Below the pieces are notes generated by a model. That model was not told the DNA's origin, did no database searches, and saw only the letters and a list, made by a program, of their open reading frames with translations. A stretch of 64,000 nucleotides of DNA from a bacterium. Its GTDB lineage: Bacteria > UBA8248. The DNA lies in assembly GCA_965207065.1 (NCBI GenBank), contig OZ242260.1, positions 2,656,001-2,720,000 of the forward strand. The letters run 5' to 3'. Below are positions 39,571 through 49,798 of the stretch, one piece after another (position 1 is the stretch's first letter; every line of letters starts with the position of its first letter). Position numbers and translations under genes: made by a program.

Positions 39571-39686
39571 GTGCGCCTTCTGAATCCCTCCAAAATCACA
39601 CGCAGATATGACTGTACCCGTGGCTCGGTCGGCCGGGTCATCTCGCGCCTCTCGATGCCCATCTAGGGCGAGCGCATCACGCGCGC
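39571..39686 (+). pseudogene. Degenerate duplicate of the MATE gene 5' end
   Basis: Translates MRLLNPSKITRRYDCTRGSVGRVISRLSMPI*GERITR versus MATE MRLLKQATRTRGYDYTKGSVGWAITRLSVPICGERILR. Confidence 0.8.
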
Positions 39687-39757
39687 GGTGAATTGAAGCA
39701 AGCCGTTTTTCTATAAGAAATAAATTCGGTTCATACGTTTGGCGGGGTCTTTTCCGA

Positions 39758-41953
39758 CTAGCCGCTTTCTGACTCGGTCTGGAAACGTGCGGCGAGCAGA
39801 TAACGATACAGCTTGAGGGCAAGCCCCTCTTCATGCTCGTCCAACCAGTGCAGGGCCGTCAGCGGTAGCACCATCGTCCGGCAGGGTTGGTCTGCAACTA
39901 CCGAGGTCGCTTTATCGTTCTGCGTACCGGCCGGCCAAATTGCGTCGCCCGGACTGTAATCATGAAGACGCGCGCCCGCGGAATCGTAAGCGGAAGCCCG
40001 GCCCGCAAGCAACAATTGGAGTTCTTCGCCTGGCGCATCCGATCCTGCGAGGGCTTCGCCGGCGGCGTACTGACGAGAGTCCAGCCAGCTTTTGAGTTCT
40101 TCGATGAGTTCCTCGAAATGAATTTGCCGTTCCAGGTAGCGCTCGAGGTCATCGGCAGTGTGCGCCAGCAGCGAGGCGCGCCGCTTGTCCGACAAGTTCA
40201 CGTCCGCCCTCCATGCCGCAATGACGGTCTCCTCGCAGCGCTCCAGCGCACTGTCCGCATTCGGCTCAATCACCAGCTCCTGAAATATAGAAGGCGGTAG
40301 GTTGCGCTCCAGCCCCTGTCGCAACTGTTCGTCCAATGCGCTCAGAACCACGGGAACTTCGGCCGCCTGCGCCGTCTGCAGGAACCTGGACAGGACGCTC
40401 ACCGCCGAGTAGTCGAAGCCGGAGACGGCGGCGAAGTCCAGCATCAGGCAGGCGGGACGCGAATCGCCACTGAGGGATTTTTTCAGTTGTTCGGCTAGTG
40501 GATAGGCGCTTCCGAAGAAAATGTAGCCGCGCAGCCGGTAGGCATGCACATGCTCGCCTTCGGCCAGCAGGATGGCTCGATCGGGGATGGGCCGGGTCTT
40601 GTTGCTTCTGCGTTCTCGTGCATTGAACCGGGATTCGACAAGGTCCACGCGACTGAGGCGCACGGCGAAGAACACGAGGGTGGCCAGCATACCGGCGCCG
40701 ACGCCCTCGAACAGTCCGAAGGAGATGATGACGACGAAGATCAACACGATAATGCCGTATTCCGACCAGGGGAGCCGCCTGCGGCTTCTCACGAGTCCTT
40801 CGTCTATCATGCCGAAGCCGGCAAAAAACAGAATTCCGCCTACGAGCGGCGTCGGAACCAGTTCCAGCATCCCGTCGCCCAGGAACAACGCGCCCCCGAT
40901 GAGGAGGGCGGCGACGATGCCGGTCAGGCGGGTGGCGGCTCCGAGAAGCTTGCTGCGCAGCGAGGCGGGCACGATCGTGCTTGCCACCGTCCCGCCGCCC
41001 AGTCCTGCGACCACGCTCGCGAGCCCGGCCGTCCTGAACTCCAGGTCCCAGTCCAGTTCGTGATTTGCGGCCAATTCTAGGCCGGCGAAATTCATGATCA
41101 CGACGATGAGCGCGATCAGCATCAACGTCAGCATGTTGGGAACCTGTTCCGCCATCGCCGCCCAATCCAGATGCACCAAATCGGCGATCCCCACAACCGG
41201 CCAAAGGGTTCCCTCCGCGGTGCTCTTGAACAACAGACCTGCCGATCTCGCCTCGTCACCGGAAATATCGAGAGTGGCCAGGGCGAAGTGGTATGCGCCG
41301 ACGGCCATCGCCACGCTCACCGGGAGGATCAGCGCATTTCCCCAGCGTTTTATGGCGAGGTACAGGGCGATTCCGAACGCTGCGCCGGGGGCCCACCTCC
41401 ATAACGTGGATGGCTCCAGAAGCGCCGGGATCGCACGCCAATCAGGCTCCGCTCCCATCAGGGACATGGCCGCCAGGCACACGGCCCCCCCGATTCCGGC
41501 CACGAATCCGCCCGCCACCGGGTAGGGGATGAAGCGCACCAGGTTGGCGAGCCGGAAGTGGCCGATAACGAGACAGCAGACGCCGGTGGCCATGGCGCTG
41601 AGCATGAGCGCGCCCGCCGTGGTGACGAACAGCGCATCGCCTTCGGCGTCCATCGTGGAGCCGATCAGCGCCATCACGATCACGAGCGCGGGAGAAAGCC
41701 CCGAAATCGCCCCGCGGTAGCCGCCTGCGAGGGCGATAATGAGGCAGGCGGCGAAGTTCCCGAACAAAATCAGGCCGACGCCCTGGGAGGTATATGGGGC
41801 CAATGCGCCCGAGAAAATGAAGCTGCCGAAGGCGATCTGGGCGACGAGCAGGCCCAGGCCAGAGGTGAATCCGGCGGAAAGCGCCGGAACTGTCTTTTGG
41901 GAGAGGACGTCCGCGCGAAGTTCGGACGCAATATCTCGGAACAAGGATTTCAC
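39758..41953 (-). CDS. SulP family anion transporter with STAS and degenerate cNMP-binding domains
   Basis: RFIPYPV.GGF.AG motif; STAS segments LRGYIFFGSA and LDF..VSG.D.SA. Confidence 0.88.
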   Translation of the reverse strand: MKSLFRDIASELRADVLSQKTVPALSAGFTSGLGLLVAQIAFGSFIFSGALAPYTSQGVGLILFGNFAACLIIALAGGYRGAISGLSPALVIVMALIGSTMDAEGDALFVTTAGALMLSAMATGVCCLVIGHFRLANLVRFIPYPVAGGFVAGIGGAVCLAAMSLMGAEPDWRAIPALLEPSTLWRWAPGAAFGIALYLAIKRWGNALILPVSVAMAVGAYHFALATLDISGDEARSAGLLFKSTAEGTLWPVVGIADLVHLDWAAMAEQVPNMLTLMLIALIVVIMNFAGLELAANHELDWDLEFRTAGLASVVAGLGGGTVASTIVPASLRSKLLGAATRLTGIVAALLIGGALFLGDGMLELVPTPLVGGILFFAGFGMIDEGLVRSRRRLPWSEYGIIVLIFVVIISFGLFEGVGAGMLATLVFFAVRLSRVDLVESRFNARERRSNKTRPIPDRAILLAEGEHVHAYRLRGYIFFGSAYPLAEQLKKSLSGDSRPACLMLDFAAVSGFDYSAVSVLSRFLQTAQAAEVPVVLSALDEQLRQGLERNLPPSIFQELVIEPNADSALERCEETVIAAWRADVNLSDKRRASLLAHTADDLERYLERQIHFEELIEELKSWLDSRQYAAGEALAGSDAPGEELQLLLAGRASAYDSAGARLHDYSPGDAIWPAGTQNDKATSVVADQPCRTMVLPLTALHWLDEHEEGLALKLYRYLLAARFQTESESG

Positions 41954-42065
41954 CCTTTCGATCGTTCGTAATCGGTAGGCGGCATCTGCGTCTCTCTCCC
42001 TTAACGTATCGGACGCTCTATCGTATCATGAGCTGATCGCTTTCCGGTATTATTTTCAGTGAGAG

Positions 42066-43478
42066 GTGCGCCTTCTGAAACAAGCCACGAGAACGCGCGG
42101 ATACGATTACACGAAAGGCTCGGTCGGCTGGGCCATCACGCGCCTCTCGGTTCCGATATGCGGCGAGCGCATCCTCCGCAATCTCGACGGCATTTTTGAG
42201 ATTTACTGGCTCGGCCGGATGGGGGCCGAATTCCTGGCGGCGGCGTCTCTGGGTTTCATCACCCTGTTGTTCATCCGTTCGGCCCCTTTCGGAATCAGGA
42301 TCGCAGGCCAGGCGCTCGTGGCCCAGCGCGTGGGCGCGGGCGATGGAGAGGGCGCCTCGGTCATGGCGGGGCAGACCATCTTCCTCGTCGGCGTCTTCAG
42401 TCTCATCGCCACGTTCCTGGGTCTATGGTTCGCTCCCCTCCTGATGGACTTGATGACGCGTGACCCCGCGCTGGCCGCCCTGGGCGTCGTCTACATCCGC
42501 GCGGGCTTCGCCGTGCTGCTCGCCGCCGAGGCGATGTTCGTGGTCGGCCAGATATTGCGGGGAACCGGCGAGCCGGGCATCACCATTGCGGGCGTCGTGG
42601 CCTCCACCGTTTTGACGCTCATCTTCATCCCCCTCTTGATGTTCGGATGGGGGCCGATTCCCGCTTTGGGGATAGCGGGCAGCTTTCTCGGCATCGGCGT
42701 GGGGCGGCTGGGCGGATTCGCAACCATGCTGACCTTCATCGTGAAGGGAAAATCGAGGCTCAGGCTGAGGTGGGCCGATTTGCGCCCGCGCGCGTCCGAG
42801 ATATCCCGCGTCGCGCGTCTCGCCTGGCCCGCCATGGTGCAGAACCTCCTCGAGCGAAGCGCGCTCCTGCTCATGGTGCGGATGCTTTCTCCCTTCGGGG
42901 CGAGTGCGCTGGCCGCGTGGAGCATCGGCAACCGCGTGACGATGATCGCCCGGATGCCGAGCTTCGGTCTGCAAAGCTCGGTGCGCACGCTGGTGGGCCA
43001 GAACATGGGCGCGGAGAAGCCCGAGCGCGTGACGCGCACGGTATGGCTTGCAGTCGCCGCGCTTGTGATGCTGATGGCGGCGGCGAGCATATTTTTATTC
43101 GCCTGGGCGCAGGAGGTCGTCTCGTTTTTCGGCATGGCGGGGAACGACACGGCCGTCATGGCGCTCAGAATCCTGTGCGCGGGCCTGCTCATGGAGTCCA
43201 TCCGCCGGGTGATGGCGGGCGCGTTCCAGGGAGCCTCGCGCTCGAAGCCGCCCATGCTGGTGGAGGGCGTCGTTCGCTGGGGTGTTCAGCTTCCCGCCGC
43301 CTATCTGCTCTCGTTCTGGTTTGCCGTGGGAGCGGGCGGCGTCTGGTTAGCGGTGAGCGGGGGCCAGATCCTGAGCGGTGCGCTCCTCCTCGTATGGTTT
43401 TTCCGGTGGTCACGGAGCGGGGATATCCGGGGTTTTATGGGCGTTCGGGGTTTGAAATCCGCGATCAAATCCACTTAA
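42066..43478 (+). CDS. MATE family efflux transporter
   Basis: About 12 TM helices; AQ..GA, RG.G, VGQNMGA motifs. Confidence 0.9.
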   Translation: MRLLKQATRTRGYDYTKGSVGWAITRLSVPICGERILRNLDGIFEIYWLGRMGAEFLAAASLGFITLLFIRSAPFGIRIAGQALVAQRVGAGDGEGASVMAGQTIFLVGVFSLIATFLGLWFAPLLMDLMTRDPALAALGVVYIRAGFAVLLAAEAMFVVGQILRGTGEPGITIAGVVASTVLTLIFIPLLMFGWGPIPALGIAGSFLGIGVGRLGGFATMLTFIVKGKSRLRLRWADLRPRASEISRVARLAWPAMVQNLLERSALLLMVRMLSPFGASALAAWSIGNRVTMIARMPSFGLQSSVRTLVGQNMGAEKPERVTRTVWLAVAALVMLMAAASIFLFAWAQEVVSFFGMAGNDTAVMALRILCAGLLMESIRRVMAGAFQGASRSKPPMLVEGVVRWGVQLPAAYLLSFWFAVGAGGVWLAVSGGQILSGALLLVWFFRWSRSGDIRGFMGVRGLKSAIKST

Positions 43479-43571
43479 GCTGTCTGCGCCGCTTCGGGTG
43501 CTCTCTTGTATTTTCAATGAGAGATGATGTGATTTGTGGAGCGCGCGATTCGGGAAGCGAAGACGCTCCCC

Positions 43572-43979
43572 ATGAGGAGTTTGTGGACGATGAACAGGGC
43601 GTTGGCGGCGGGGCTTTTTCTCATAGCGGGGTTTGGGTTGATCGTGACGTTGACGAAAAGGCCCGAGCCGCCGGGACGGGTTCCCGCAACCGAGGATATG
43701 GCGCAGATCAAGAAGGGGAAATCGCTGTTCTCGCGCAACTGCATGCGCTGCCACGGGCCCGAAGCCAAGGGTTCGCGAATCGGGCCGCCGCTGGTGCACA
43801 AGGTTTACGAACCCTCCCACCACGGGGACGCCGCGTTCTTCATGGCCGTTTCGCGCGGGGTGAGGAGCCACCACTGGAAGTTCGGCGACATGCAGCCCGT
43901 GCCGGGTGTGAAACCCGAGGATGTGGCCCTGATCGTGCAATACGTGCGCTGGCTGCAGCGGAAGGCCGGTATTTTTTAG
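43572..43979 (+). CDS. Monoheme cytochrome c
   Basis: N-terminal TM; CMRCH; GPPLVH..YEPSHHGD; HHW.FGDM; start uncertain. Confidence 0.85.
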   Translation: MRSLWTMNRALAAGLFLIAGFGLIVTLTKRPEPPGRVPATEDMAQIKKGKSLFSRNCMRCHGPEAKGSRIGPPLVHKVYEPSHHGDAAFFMAVSRGVRSHHWKFGDMQPVPGVKPEDVALIVQYVRWLQRKAGIF

Positions 43980-43997
43980 GCGAGGGAGCAAGACCTG

Positions 43998-45338
43998 GTG
44001 AACGAACGAGACGCGTTGCACGAGTTGAGGAGAAAACGCCTGCAGAGAATGGTGGCTCTGTGCGGTCGGGCGCACCCGTTCTACAAGCGCCGCTTTGCAG
44101 AGGCGAACCTCATCCCCGAGGCGGTCAAGGAACTCGACGACCTCCAGAAAATTCCCCTCACGAAAAAAGAGGATTTCATGGCGGCGCCCGAGGATTTCAG
44201 CCTCGACCCCGCCTGGCTGCCCGAGCTTCCCTTCGAGGAGCGCACCATGTGGAACGTGGCCTACACCACGGGCACCACGAGCGGGCGGCCTTCTCCTTTT
44301 TTCAACACCACGCACGATCAGTACCACATCATGCTCCAGGCGCGGGTGTGCAACGAGGCGGAGGGTCTCGGGGCCGGCGACGTCATCGCCAATCTCTACC
44401 CGCTATCGCCCATGCCCCTGGGCGGGTTCCTCTGCTGCGTGCGCTCGGCGGAAATCATGGGGCTTCCCGTGGTGAGCGCGCTCACGGGCAGCCCGCATCC
44501 CGAATACCCCGTAAGGCGCTCGCTCGATGAAGCCGTCGACGTGGTGGCTGCCTCGGGCGCCACCGTCATCTGGGGGGTGCCGAGTTTCGTCCGCCGCTTC
44601 CTGAGGAGGGCGCGTGAGCGCGGCGTCAAGCTCGACCGCGCGCGCATGGTGCTCACCACCGGTGAGGCGGTGAGCGACGCCCTGCGCGAGGAGTATATGG
44701 ATCACCTGCGCTGGTTCGGGGCGGATGACCCCCAAGTGCGGGTGCGCTACGCGGCGACGGAGATGCAGGGCGGCCTCGTGCAGTGCGCGAACGACGCGAT
44801 GCCGCACAACGTCGTGCCCGAACTCTACCTGCTCGAAGTCGTCGACCCGGAATCCGGCGAGCGCGTGCCGGAAGGAGAAGAGGGCGTGATAGCCCTCACG
44901 CACCTGCATCGCCGCGGCACGGTGTTTCTGCGCTATCTCATCGGCGACCTCATCGCGCTCAGGTGGGAGCCTTGTCCGGGTTGCGGGCGCCTGGGCGAGC
45001 GCATCGTGCGTCTGCCTAGGCGGACGGGCGACCTGCTCAAGGTGCGCGGGATGCTCATGAATCCGGATATCGTCTTCGACCTTCTCTCGAAAGAGCGCGC
45101 GATACGCGAGTTTCAGGTGAGGATCCGCAAGTCCGCGCCCGATGACGTGGATTCGATGGACGAGATGGTCATCCGCCTGGAAGCCGAGGATTCAGAGCGC
45201 GAGCGGCTCGGCGCCTCCGTGCCGGACAGGGTGCGGGGAGCGGTGATGATACGGCCGGTCCTCGAATTCGTGGCGCCGGGCGTTATCCACGACCCGATGC
45301 GCGACGTGAAGGCCCGCCGCCTCGTCGATGAGCGGTGA
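43998..45338 (+). CDS. Phenylacetate-CoA ligase-like AMP-binding enzyme
   Basis: IP.T.K, TTGTTSGRP, YAATE, RY.IGD. Confidence 0.85.
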   Translation: MNERDALHELRRKRLQRMVALCGRAHPFYKRRFAEANLIPEAVKELDDLQKIPLTKKEDFMAAPEDFSLDPAWLPELPFEERTMWNVAYTTGTTSGRPSPFFNTTHDQYHIMLQARVCNEAEGLGAGDVIANLYPLSPMPLGGFLCCVRSAEIMGLPVVSALTGSPHPEYPVRRSLDEAVDVVAASGATVIWGVPSFVRRFLRRARERGVKLDRARMVLTTGEAVSDALREEYMDHLRWFGADDPQVRVRYAATEMQGGLVQCANDAMPHNVVPELYLLEVVDPESGERVPEGEEGVIALTHLHRRGTVFLRYLIGDLIALRWEPCPGCGRLGERIVRLPRRTGDLLKVRGMLMNPDIVFDLLSKERAIREFQVRIRKSAPDDVDSMDEMVIRLEAEDSERERLGASVPDRVRGAVMIRPVLEFVAPGVIHDPMRDVKARRLVDER

Positions 45339-45420
45339 GGCCAATCGCGATCGGGGCGGGGACTATTGAATAAGTCCTGATTTCGTGATTCGACGAATGA
45401 ATCGAACCAGGGGAGGGTCC

Positions 45421-45448
45421 GTAGGGACAGGTCGCGACATGTCCCTAC
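45421..45448. repeat. GTAG REP; a one-ended MITE-like remnant starts near 45359
   Basis: GTAGGGACAGGTCGCGACATGTCCCTAC. Confidence 0.7.
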
Positions 45449-45497
45449 GAAACCGCAAGCAATCTTCCCGCATCGGTCGGTATTGACTCACCTCCCG

Positions 45498-45923
45498 CTA
45501 CCAGGCGAAGTTTCCCTTATCATCGAGAGGTGAGAAGGGATTCCAGGCGACTTCCCAATAATGCCCGTCCGGATCCTTGAAGTATCCCGAGTGGCCGCCC
45601 CAGAAGACGTCCTGCGCATGCTTGACGATTGTGCCGCCTGCGCGTTCGGCTTCGGCTAACACCACGGCGACGTCCTCACGCGTTCGGACGTTGTAGGCCA
45701 GGGTGATCGCGCCGGTCGCCGCGCCGCTGCCGGCCCGCGGCCCGATATCCTCGATGAGCTTCTCGCGGGGATAGAGGGCGAACCCGATTCCGTTGAGCGT
45801 GAAGCAGACGATGGAATCGGCTAACTCCTCGCTCGCAACGCGCCAGCCGAGCGCCTCGTAGAACGCCCGCGCGCGCGGAAGATCGTCCACGCCCAGGGTG
45901 ACGATGCTGAGACGCTGGTCCAT
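45498..45923 (-). CDS. VOC family protein
   Basis: VTLGVDDL.RARAFY and FWGGHSGYF.DPDGH.WEVAWNP. Confidence 0.9.
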   Translation of the reverse strand: MDQRLSIVTLGVDDLPRARAFYEALGWRVASEELADSIVCFTLNGIGFALYPREKLIEDIGPRAGSGAATGAITLAYNVRTREDVAVVLAEAERAGGTIVKHAQDVFWGGHSGYFKDPDGHYWEVAWNPFSPLDDKGNFAW

Positions 45924-45982
45924 ATCGTCTCCTCCTTGGTTGTCGAAAGGCGGGAAGGTTTGCGGGTTTTGCTGTATTTAGC

Positions 45983-46687
45983 CTAGACGCCGAGATACCT
46001 CATGCGGGTTTCCTGGTCTTCGAGCAGGTCGGCGGAGGCGCCTTCCCACTGGATGATGCCTTTTTCTATCAGGTAGGCGCGCTTGGTGATGCTGAGCGCC
46101 ATGCGGAAGTTCTGCTCTACGAGCAGGATGGCGATGCCTTTTTTCTGGATCTCCACCAGCACATTCTCGATGGTTTCGACGTAGGCGGGCATCAGGCCCT
46201 CGGTGGGTTCGTCCACCATGATGAGTTTGGGCTCGGTGCCAAGGCCCCGCGCCATGGTGAGCATCTGCTGCTCGCCGCCGCTCAACTGGTTCCCCTTGTT
46301 GTTGATTCGCTCCTTCAAGCGCGGGAAGAGGGAGAAAATCCAGTCGAGATGCGTGTCCAGGTTCTTGGCACCGTCGATGGGGATGCGGCTGATCTTGAGG
46401 TTTTCGAACACTGTGAGGTTGGTGAACACCTGGCGATCCTCGGGTATCCATGAAACCCCCGCGAGCGAGACGGTGTGCGCCTCGGCCTGCGTGATGTCGG
46501 CTCCCTCCATGGTGATTTTACCGCTTTGGGGCGTCAGAAGCCCCATGACGGTCTTCATGGTGGTGGATTTTCCCGCCCCGTTCCTGCCGAGGAAGGCCAC
46601 CGCCTCGCCTTCGTCCACCTTGAGGCTCAAATCGTGAAGCACGTGGCTTAAGCCGTAAAACGTGTTGATGGAATCTACTTCGAGCAT
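45983..46687 (-). CDS. Branched-chain amino acid-type ABC ATPase (LivF-like)
   Basis: GRNGAGKS, LSGGEQQM, DEPTEGL, VEQN. Confidence 0.92.
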   Translation of the reverse strand: MLEVDSINTFYGLSHVLHDLSLKVDEGEAVAFLGRNGAGKSTTMKTVMGLLTPQSGKITMEGADITQAEAHTVSLAGVSWIPEDRQVFTNLTVFENLKISRIPIDGAKNLDTHLDWIFSLFPRLKERINNKGNQLSGGEQQMLTMARGLGTEPKLIMVDEPTEGLMPAYVETIENVLVEIQKKGIAILLVEQNFRMALSITKRAYLIEKGIIQWEGASADLLEDQETRMRYLGV

Positions 46688-47421
46688 TATTCCCTCAGGT
46701 ATACGCGCTGCACTTCTGCGTTCGCGCGGACTTCCTCCACCGTGCCCTCGGCGAGAAAGGCGCCGTTGTGCAGCACGGTGATTTTATCTGAAATGCCCAG
46801 CACCACCTCCATGTCGTGCTCCACGAGCACGATGGTGAGCGGATCGGCCAGGCTCTTGATGAACTCGCCCGTCTGAATCGTCTCCTCGGGGCTCATGCCC
46901 GCCGTCGGCTCATCGAGCAGGAGGAGCTTGGGGTCGGTGGCGAGGGCGATTCCGATTTCGAGATATCGTTGCTCGCCGTGCGCGAGCGTACCGCCCAGCT
47001 CGCCGCGTTTCTCCGTCATGTTGATGCGCTCGAGTATCTCGTCCGCCCTTTCGATCAACTCCTTGTGGTTACCTATCGTCGACCACAGGTTGAAAGTCAT
47101 CTTCCGTGATTGCACGGCGATGCGGATGTTCTCCAGCACGCTCAGTTTCGGGAAGATGTTGGTGATCTGGTAGGTGCGGCCAATCCCCAGGTGGGAGCGC
47201 TCATGAGCGGGGACTTCCGATACGTCTTCTCCATCGAAGAGCACCTGCCCCGACGTAGGCAGCAGATCGCCCGCGATCATGTTGAAGAATGTCGTTTTCC
47301 CCGCGCCGTTGGGGCCGATGATGGAGCGCAACTCGCCGGCGTCGACCGAATAATCCACGGCGTCCACGGCGACGAGGGCGTCGAAATGCTTGCTCAGGCT
47401 TCTGGTTTCCAGGATAGGCAT
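46687..47421 (-). CDS. ABC ATPase (LivG-like)
   Basis: GPNGAGKT, DEPTAGM, VEHDM. Confidence 0.92.
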   Translation of the reverse strand: MPILETRSLSKHFDALVAVDAVDYSVDAGELRSIIGPNGAGKTTFFNMIAGDLLPTSGQVLFDGEDVSEVPAHERSHLGIGRTYQITNIFPKLSVLENIRIAVQSRKMTFNLWSTIGNHKELIERADEILERINMTEKRGELGGTLAHGEQRYLEIGIALATDPKLLLLDEPTAGMSPEETIQTGEFIKSLADPLTIVLVEHDMEVVLGISDKITVLHNGAFLAEGTVEEVRANAEVQRVYLRE

Positions 47422-47433
47422 TTTGTCTTTCCG

Positions 47434-48636
47434 TTATTCCGGGTCGGCGGCCGCCTCGGCCGCGGCTTGTTTCGCCAGATATTTCTTCTCGCGGTATTCG
47501 AGCGTCATGTTGCGGATGGTGCCCAGAATGCCCGAGGGCACGAAGAGCACGATCAGCACGAAGATGCCGCCCACCCACGCTTCCCAGTACTGGAAGATCG
47601 CCAGATACTTCACGAACTCCACGCTCATCAACTGCCTCAGGTACCAGTAGATGAACGACCCCACCGCAGGCCCCAGGAATGTCCCCGCTCCCCCGAAGAG
47701 GGTGATGATGACGATCTGACCCGAGGTGATGAAGTGGATGTTCTCGATCGGCACCGTCTCGCCGTAAATGATCGCCAGCGCGCCCGCGACTCCCGAGATG
47801 GCCCCGCTCATCGTGAACGCCATGAGCCGGACCTTCGCCACGTTGTAGCCGCAGATGCGCGCGCGGTCTTCGTTTTCGCGAATCGCTCTGAGCACGTGGC
47901 CGAACGGCGAGCGCAGTATCTGCCAGATGATGGCGATGAAGACGACGCTCAGAAAAAAGACGAAATAATAGGTGATGTTCGCGTCCATGATGCCCACGCG
48001 CAGGTTGATGGAGCCCAGCCGCATGTTTTCGAGGCCCCCCAGCCCGTCCGTTCCGCCGGTGAGGTCGTCGAACGTCTGCGCGGAGTAGTAGAAGATCATG
48101 CTGATGGAGAGGGTGACCATCGCGAAATACACGCCGCGCTTCGAACTGCAGATGGTGCCGATGAGCCAGGCGACGAAGGTGGAGACGATGACGCAGGTGA
48201 TGAGCGAGATTTCCAGGGGCAGCACCTTGAAGGCGCTGACCATCCAGTCGGGCGCGTAGGTGTCGGGTTTGATCCAGGCGTGCATGATGCCCACGGTGTA
48301 GCCGCCCACGCCGAAGAATGCGCAATGGCCCAGGCTGAGCATTCCGGTGTTGCCGAGCAGGATGTTGAAGGCGATGCCGAATAAAGTGTAGATGAGAATC
48401 TGAATCATCAACGGCGTGCTCGGTACGAAGCCGCGAATCTCCGCGAGAATCTCAGCGGATGTTTCCCAGTCGTTGTCCTCGAGCCAGATGATCGAATCGT
48501 TCAAGGTGGTGAAGAAAAACGGGTACACCAACAGGAGACCGGCGAGTATCAGTATTCCGTAGTTGTCGAAAACTTCCGATATCCAGGCCCAGAATTCCTT
48601 GGGGGTGAATCGGTTTTTTGGAGCTGCAGAGTCCAC
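47434..48636 (-). CDS. ABC permease (LivM-like)
   Basis: SLGH.AFFG.G.Y and SPFG..L.AIRENE. Confidence 0.9.
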   Translation of the reverse strand: MDSAAPKNRFTPKEFWAWISEVFDNYGILILAGLLLVYPFFFTTLNDSIIWLEDNDWETSAEILAEIRGFVPSTPLMIQILIYTLFGIAFNILLGNTGMLSLGHCAFFGVGGYTVGIMHAWIKPDTYAPDWMVSAFKVLPLEISLITCVIVSTFVAWLIGTICSSKRGVYFAMVTLSISMIFYYSAQTFDDLTGGTDGLGGLENMRLGSINLRVGIMDANITYYFVFFLSVVFIAIIWQILRSPFGHVLRAIRENEDRARICGYNVAKVRLMAFTMSGAISGVAGALAIIYGETVPIENIHFITSGQIVIITLFGGAGTFLGPAVGSFIYWYLRQLMSVEFVKYLAIFQYWEAWVGGIFVLIVLFVPSGILGTIRNMTLEYREKKYLAKQAAAEAAADPE

Positions 48637-48667
48637 TTAAAAATCTCTCCCGAGACGATAAGGATCT

Positions 48668-49717
48668 TTAATCAAAAGCGCCTTCCTGGCCGAACAACCC
48701 TCTTGGTCTCAAGAGAAGGATTACCGCCATCACGATGAAGAGCAGGATGTCGGACGCTTTTTCCCAGAAGTCGGGGCCAATCACCGTGCCCGTCCAGTTT
48801 TGAACCACGTATTGGGTTCTGCCCACCAGGGGCGTGAGCGCCCAGAGCTGACCCAGAATCAATCCCCCGATCACCGGGCCGATGAAGCTCCCCATGCCGC
48901 CGACGACGACCACGATGAAGGTCTGCACCAGAATCAGTTCGCCCATCGTGGCGTCCACCGCGAACAGGGGCGCTATCATGACGCCCGAGAATCCGGCCAG
49001 GGCTATCCCCAGACCGAACGTGAGCCGCCAGATACGCGACACGTTGATGCCCAGCACCTTCACCATCGTGTTGTTGTTGGTGCCCGCGCGGATCATCATG
49101 CCCAGGTTGGTTCTGTAGATGAGCACCCAGAGGAGGGCGACGAGGACCGCCGCGGTGATGATGGTGAAGCTCCTGTAGGCGGTGATGTCGAGCGTACCCG
49201 TCTTCAGGAGCGAGAACTGAAACATTGGCGGGATGTTGAAGGGTTTTCCCGGCCTGCCCCAGATTAAGCGGACGAAGTCCGGCAGGAAGATGGACATGCC
49301 GAACATGATGAGAACGCCCGAGAATCGCTCGTTTTCCGTATTGTATATATTGCTGATGACGTATTTCTCGAAAACCATCCCGATTCCGAACATGACGACG
49401 GGTACCATGGCGATTGCCATGATGAAACCCACGTTCGGTCCGAAAATCGGCGTGAAAATGAGGTTCGAGACCGTGTACCCCACATACGCGCCCAGCATAT
49501 AGAAGGCGCCGTGCCCGAAGTTGATAATGCCCATCAGTCCGAAAACGATCGAAAGGCCTAAGGCCAGCAGAACCCAGAAGGAACCTTGCACCAACCCCAG
49601 GAATAGATGCTGGACGAATTCCGAAAACTCTACGCCGCCGCTTGGCAAAACACGCTCCTTGAGAACGGGGAAGTCGTAAGAGGGCCAATGTCTAGGATGA
49701 AACGGCCCCATTGTCAA
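48668..49717 (-). CDS. ABC permease (LivH-like); start uncertain
   Basis: NFGHG.FYMLGAY, VVVVGGMGS, RPRGLFG. Confidence 0.88.
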   Translation of the reverse strand: MTMGPFHPRHWPSYDFPVLKERVLPSGGVEFSEFVQHLFLGLVQGSFWVLLALGLSIVFGLMGIINFGHGAFYMLGAYVGYTVSNLIFTPIFGPNVGFIMAIAMVPVVMFGIGMVFEKYVISNIYNTENERFSGVLIMFGMSIFLPDFVRLIWGRPGKPFNIPPMFQFSLLKTGTLDITAYRSFTIITAAVLVALLWVLIYRTNLGMMIRAGTNNNTMVKVLGINVSRIWRLTFGLGIALAGFSGVMIAPLFAVDATMGELILVQTFIVVVVGGMGSFIGPVIGGLILGQLWALTPLVGRTQYVVQNWTGTVIGPDFWEKASDILLFIVMAVILLLRPRGLFGQEGAFD

Positions 49718-49732
49718 ACGCCGTGAGAAAAG

Positions 49733-49762
49733 CCCGGGCGGCCGGATTTCCGGCCGCCCGGG
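49733..49762 (-). terminator. GC hairpin after the SBP gene (terminator or mRNA stabiliser)
   Basis: CCCGGGCGGCCGG/CCGGCCGCCCGGG stem, followed by CTTTTC on the minus strand. Confidence 0.65.
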
Positions 49763-49798
49763 TGGGCGTTTTCAGGGGGCGCTTCTGTGCGCCGTTTC

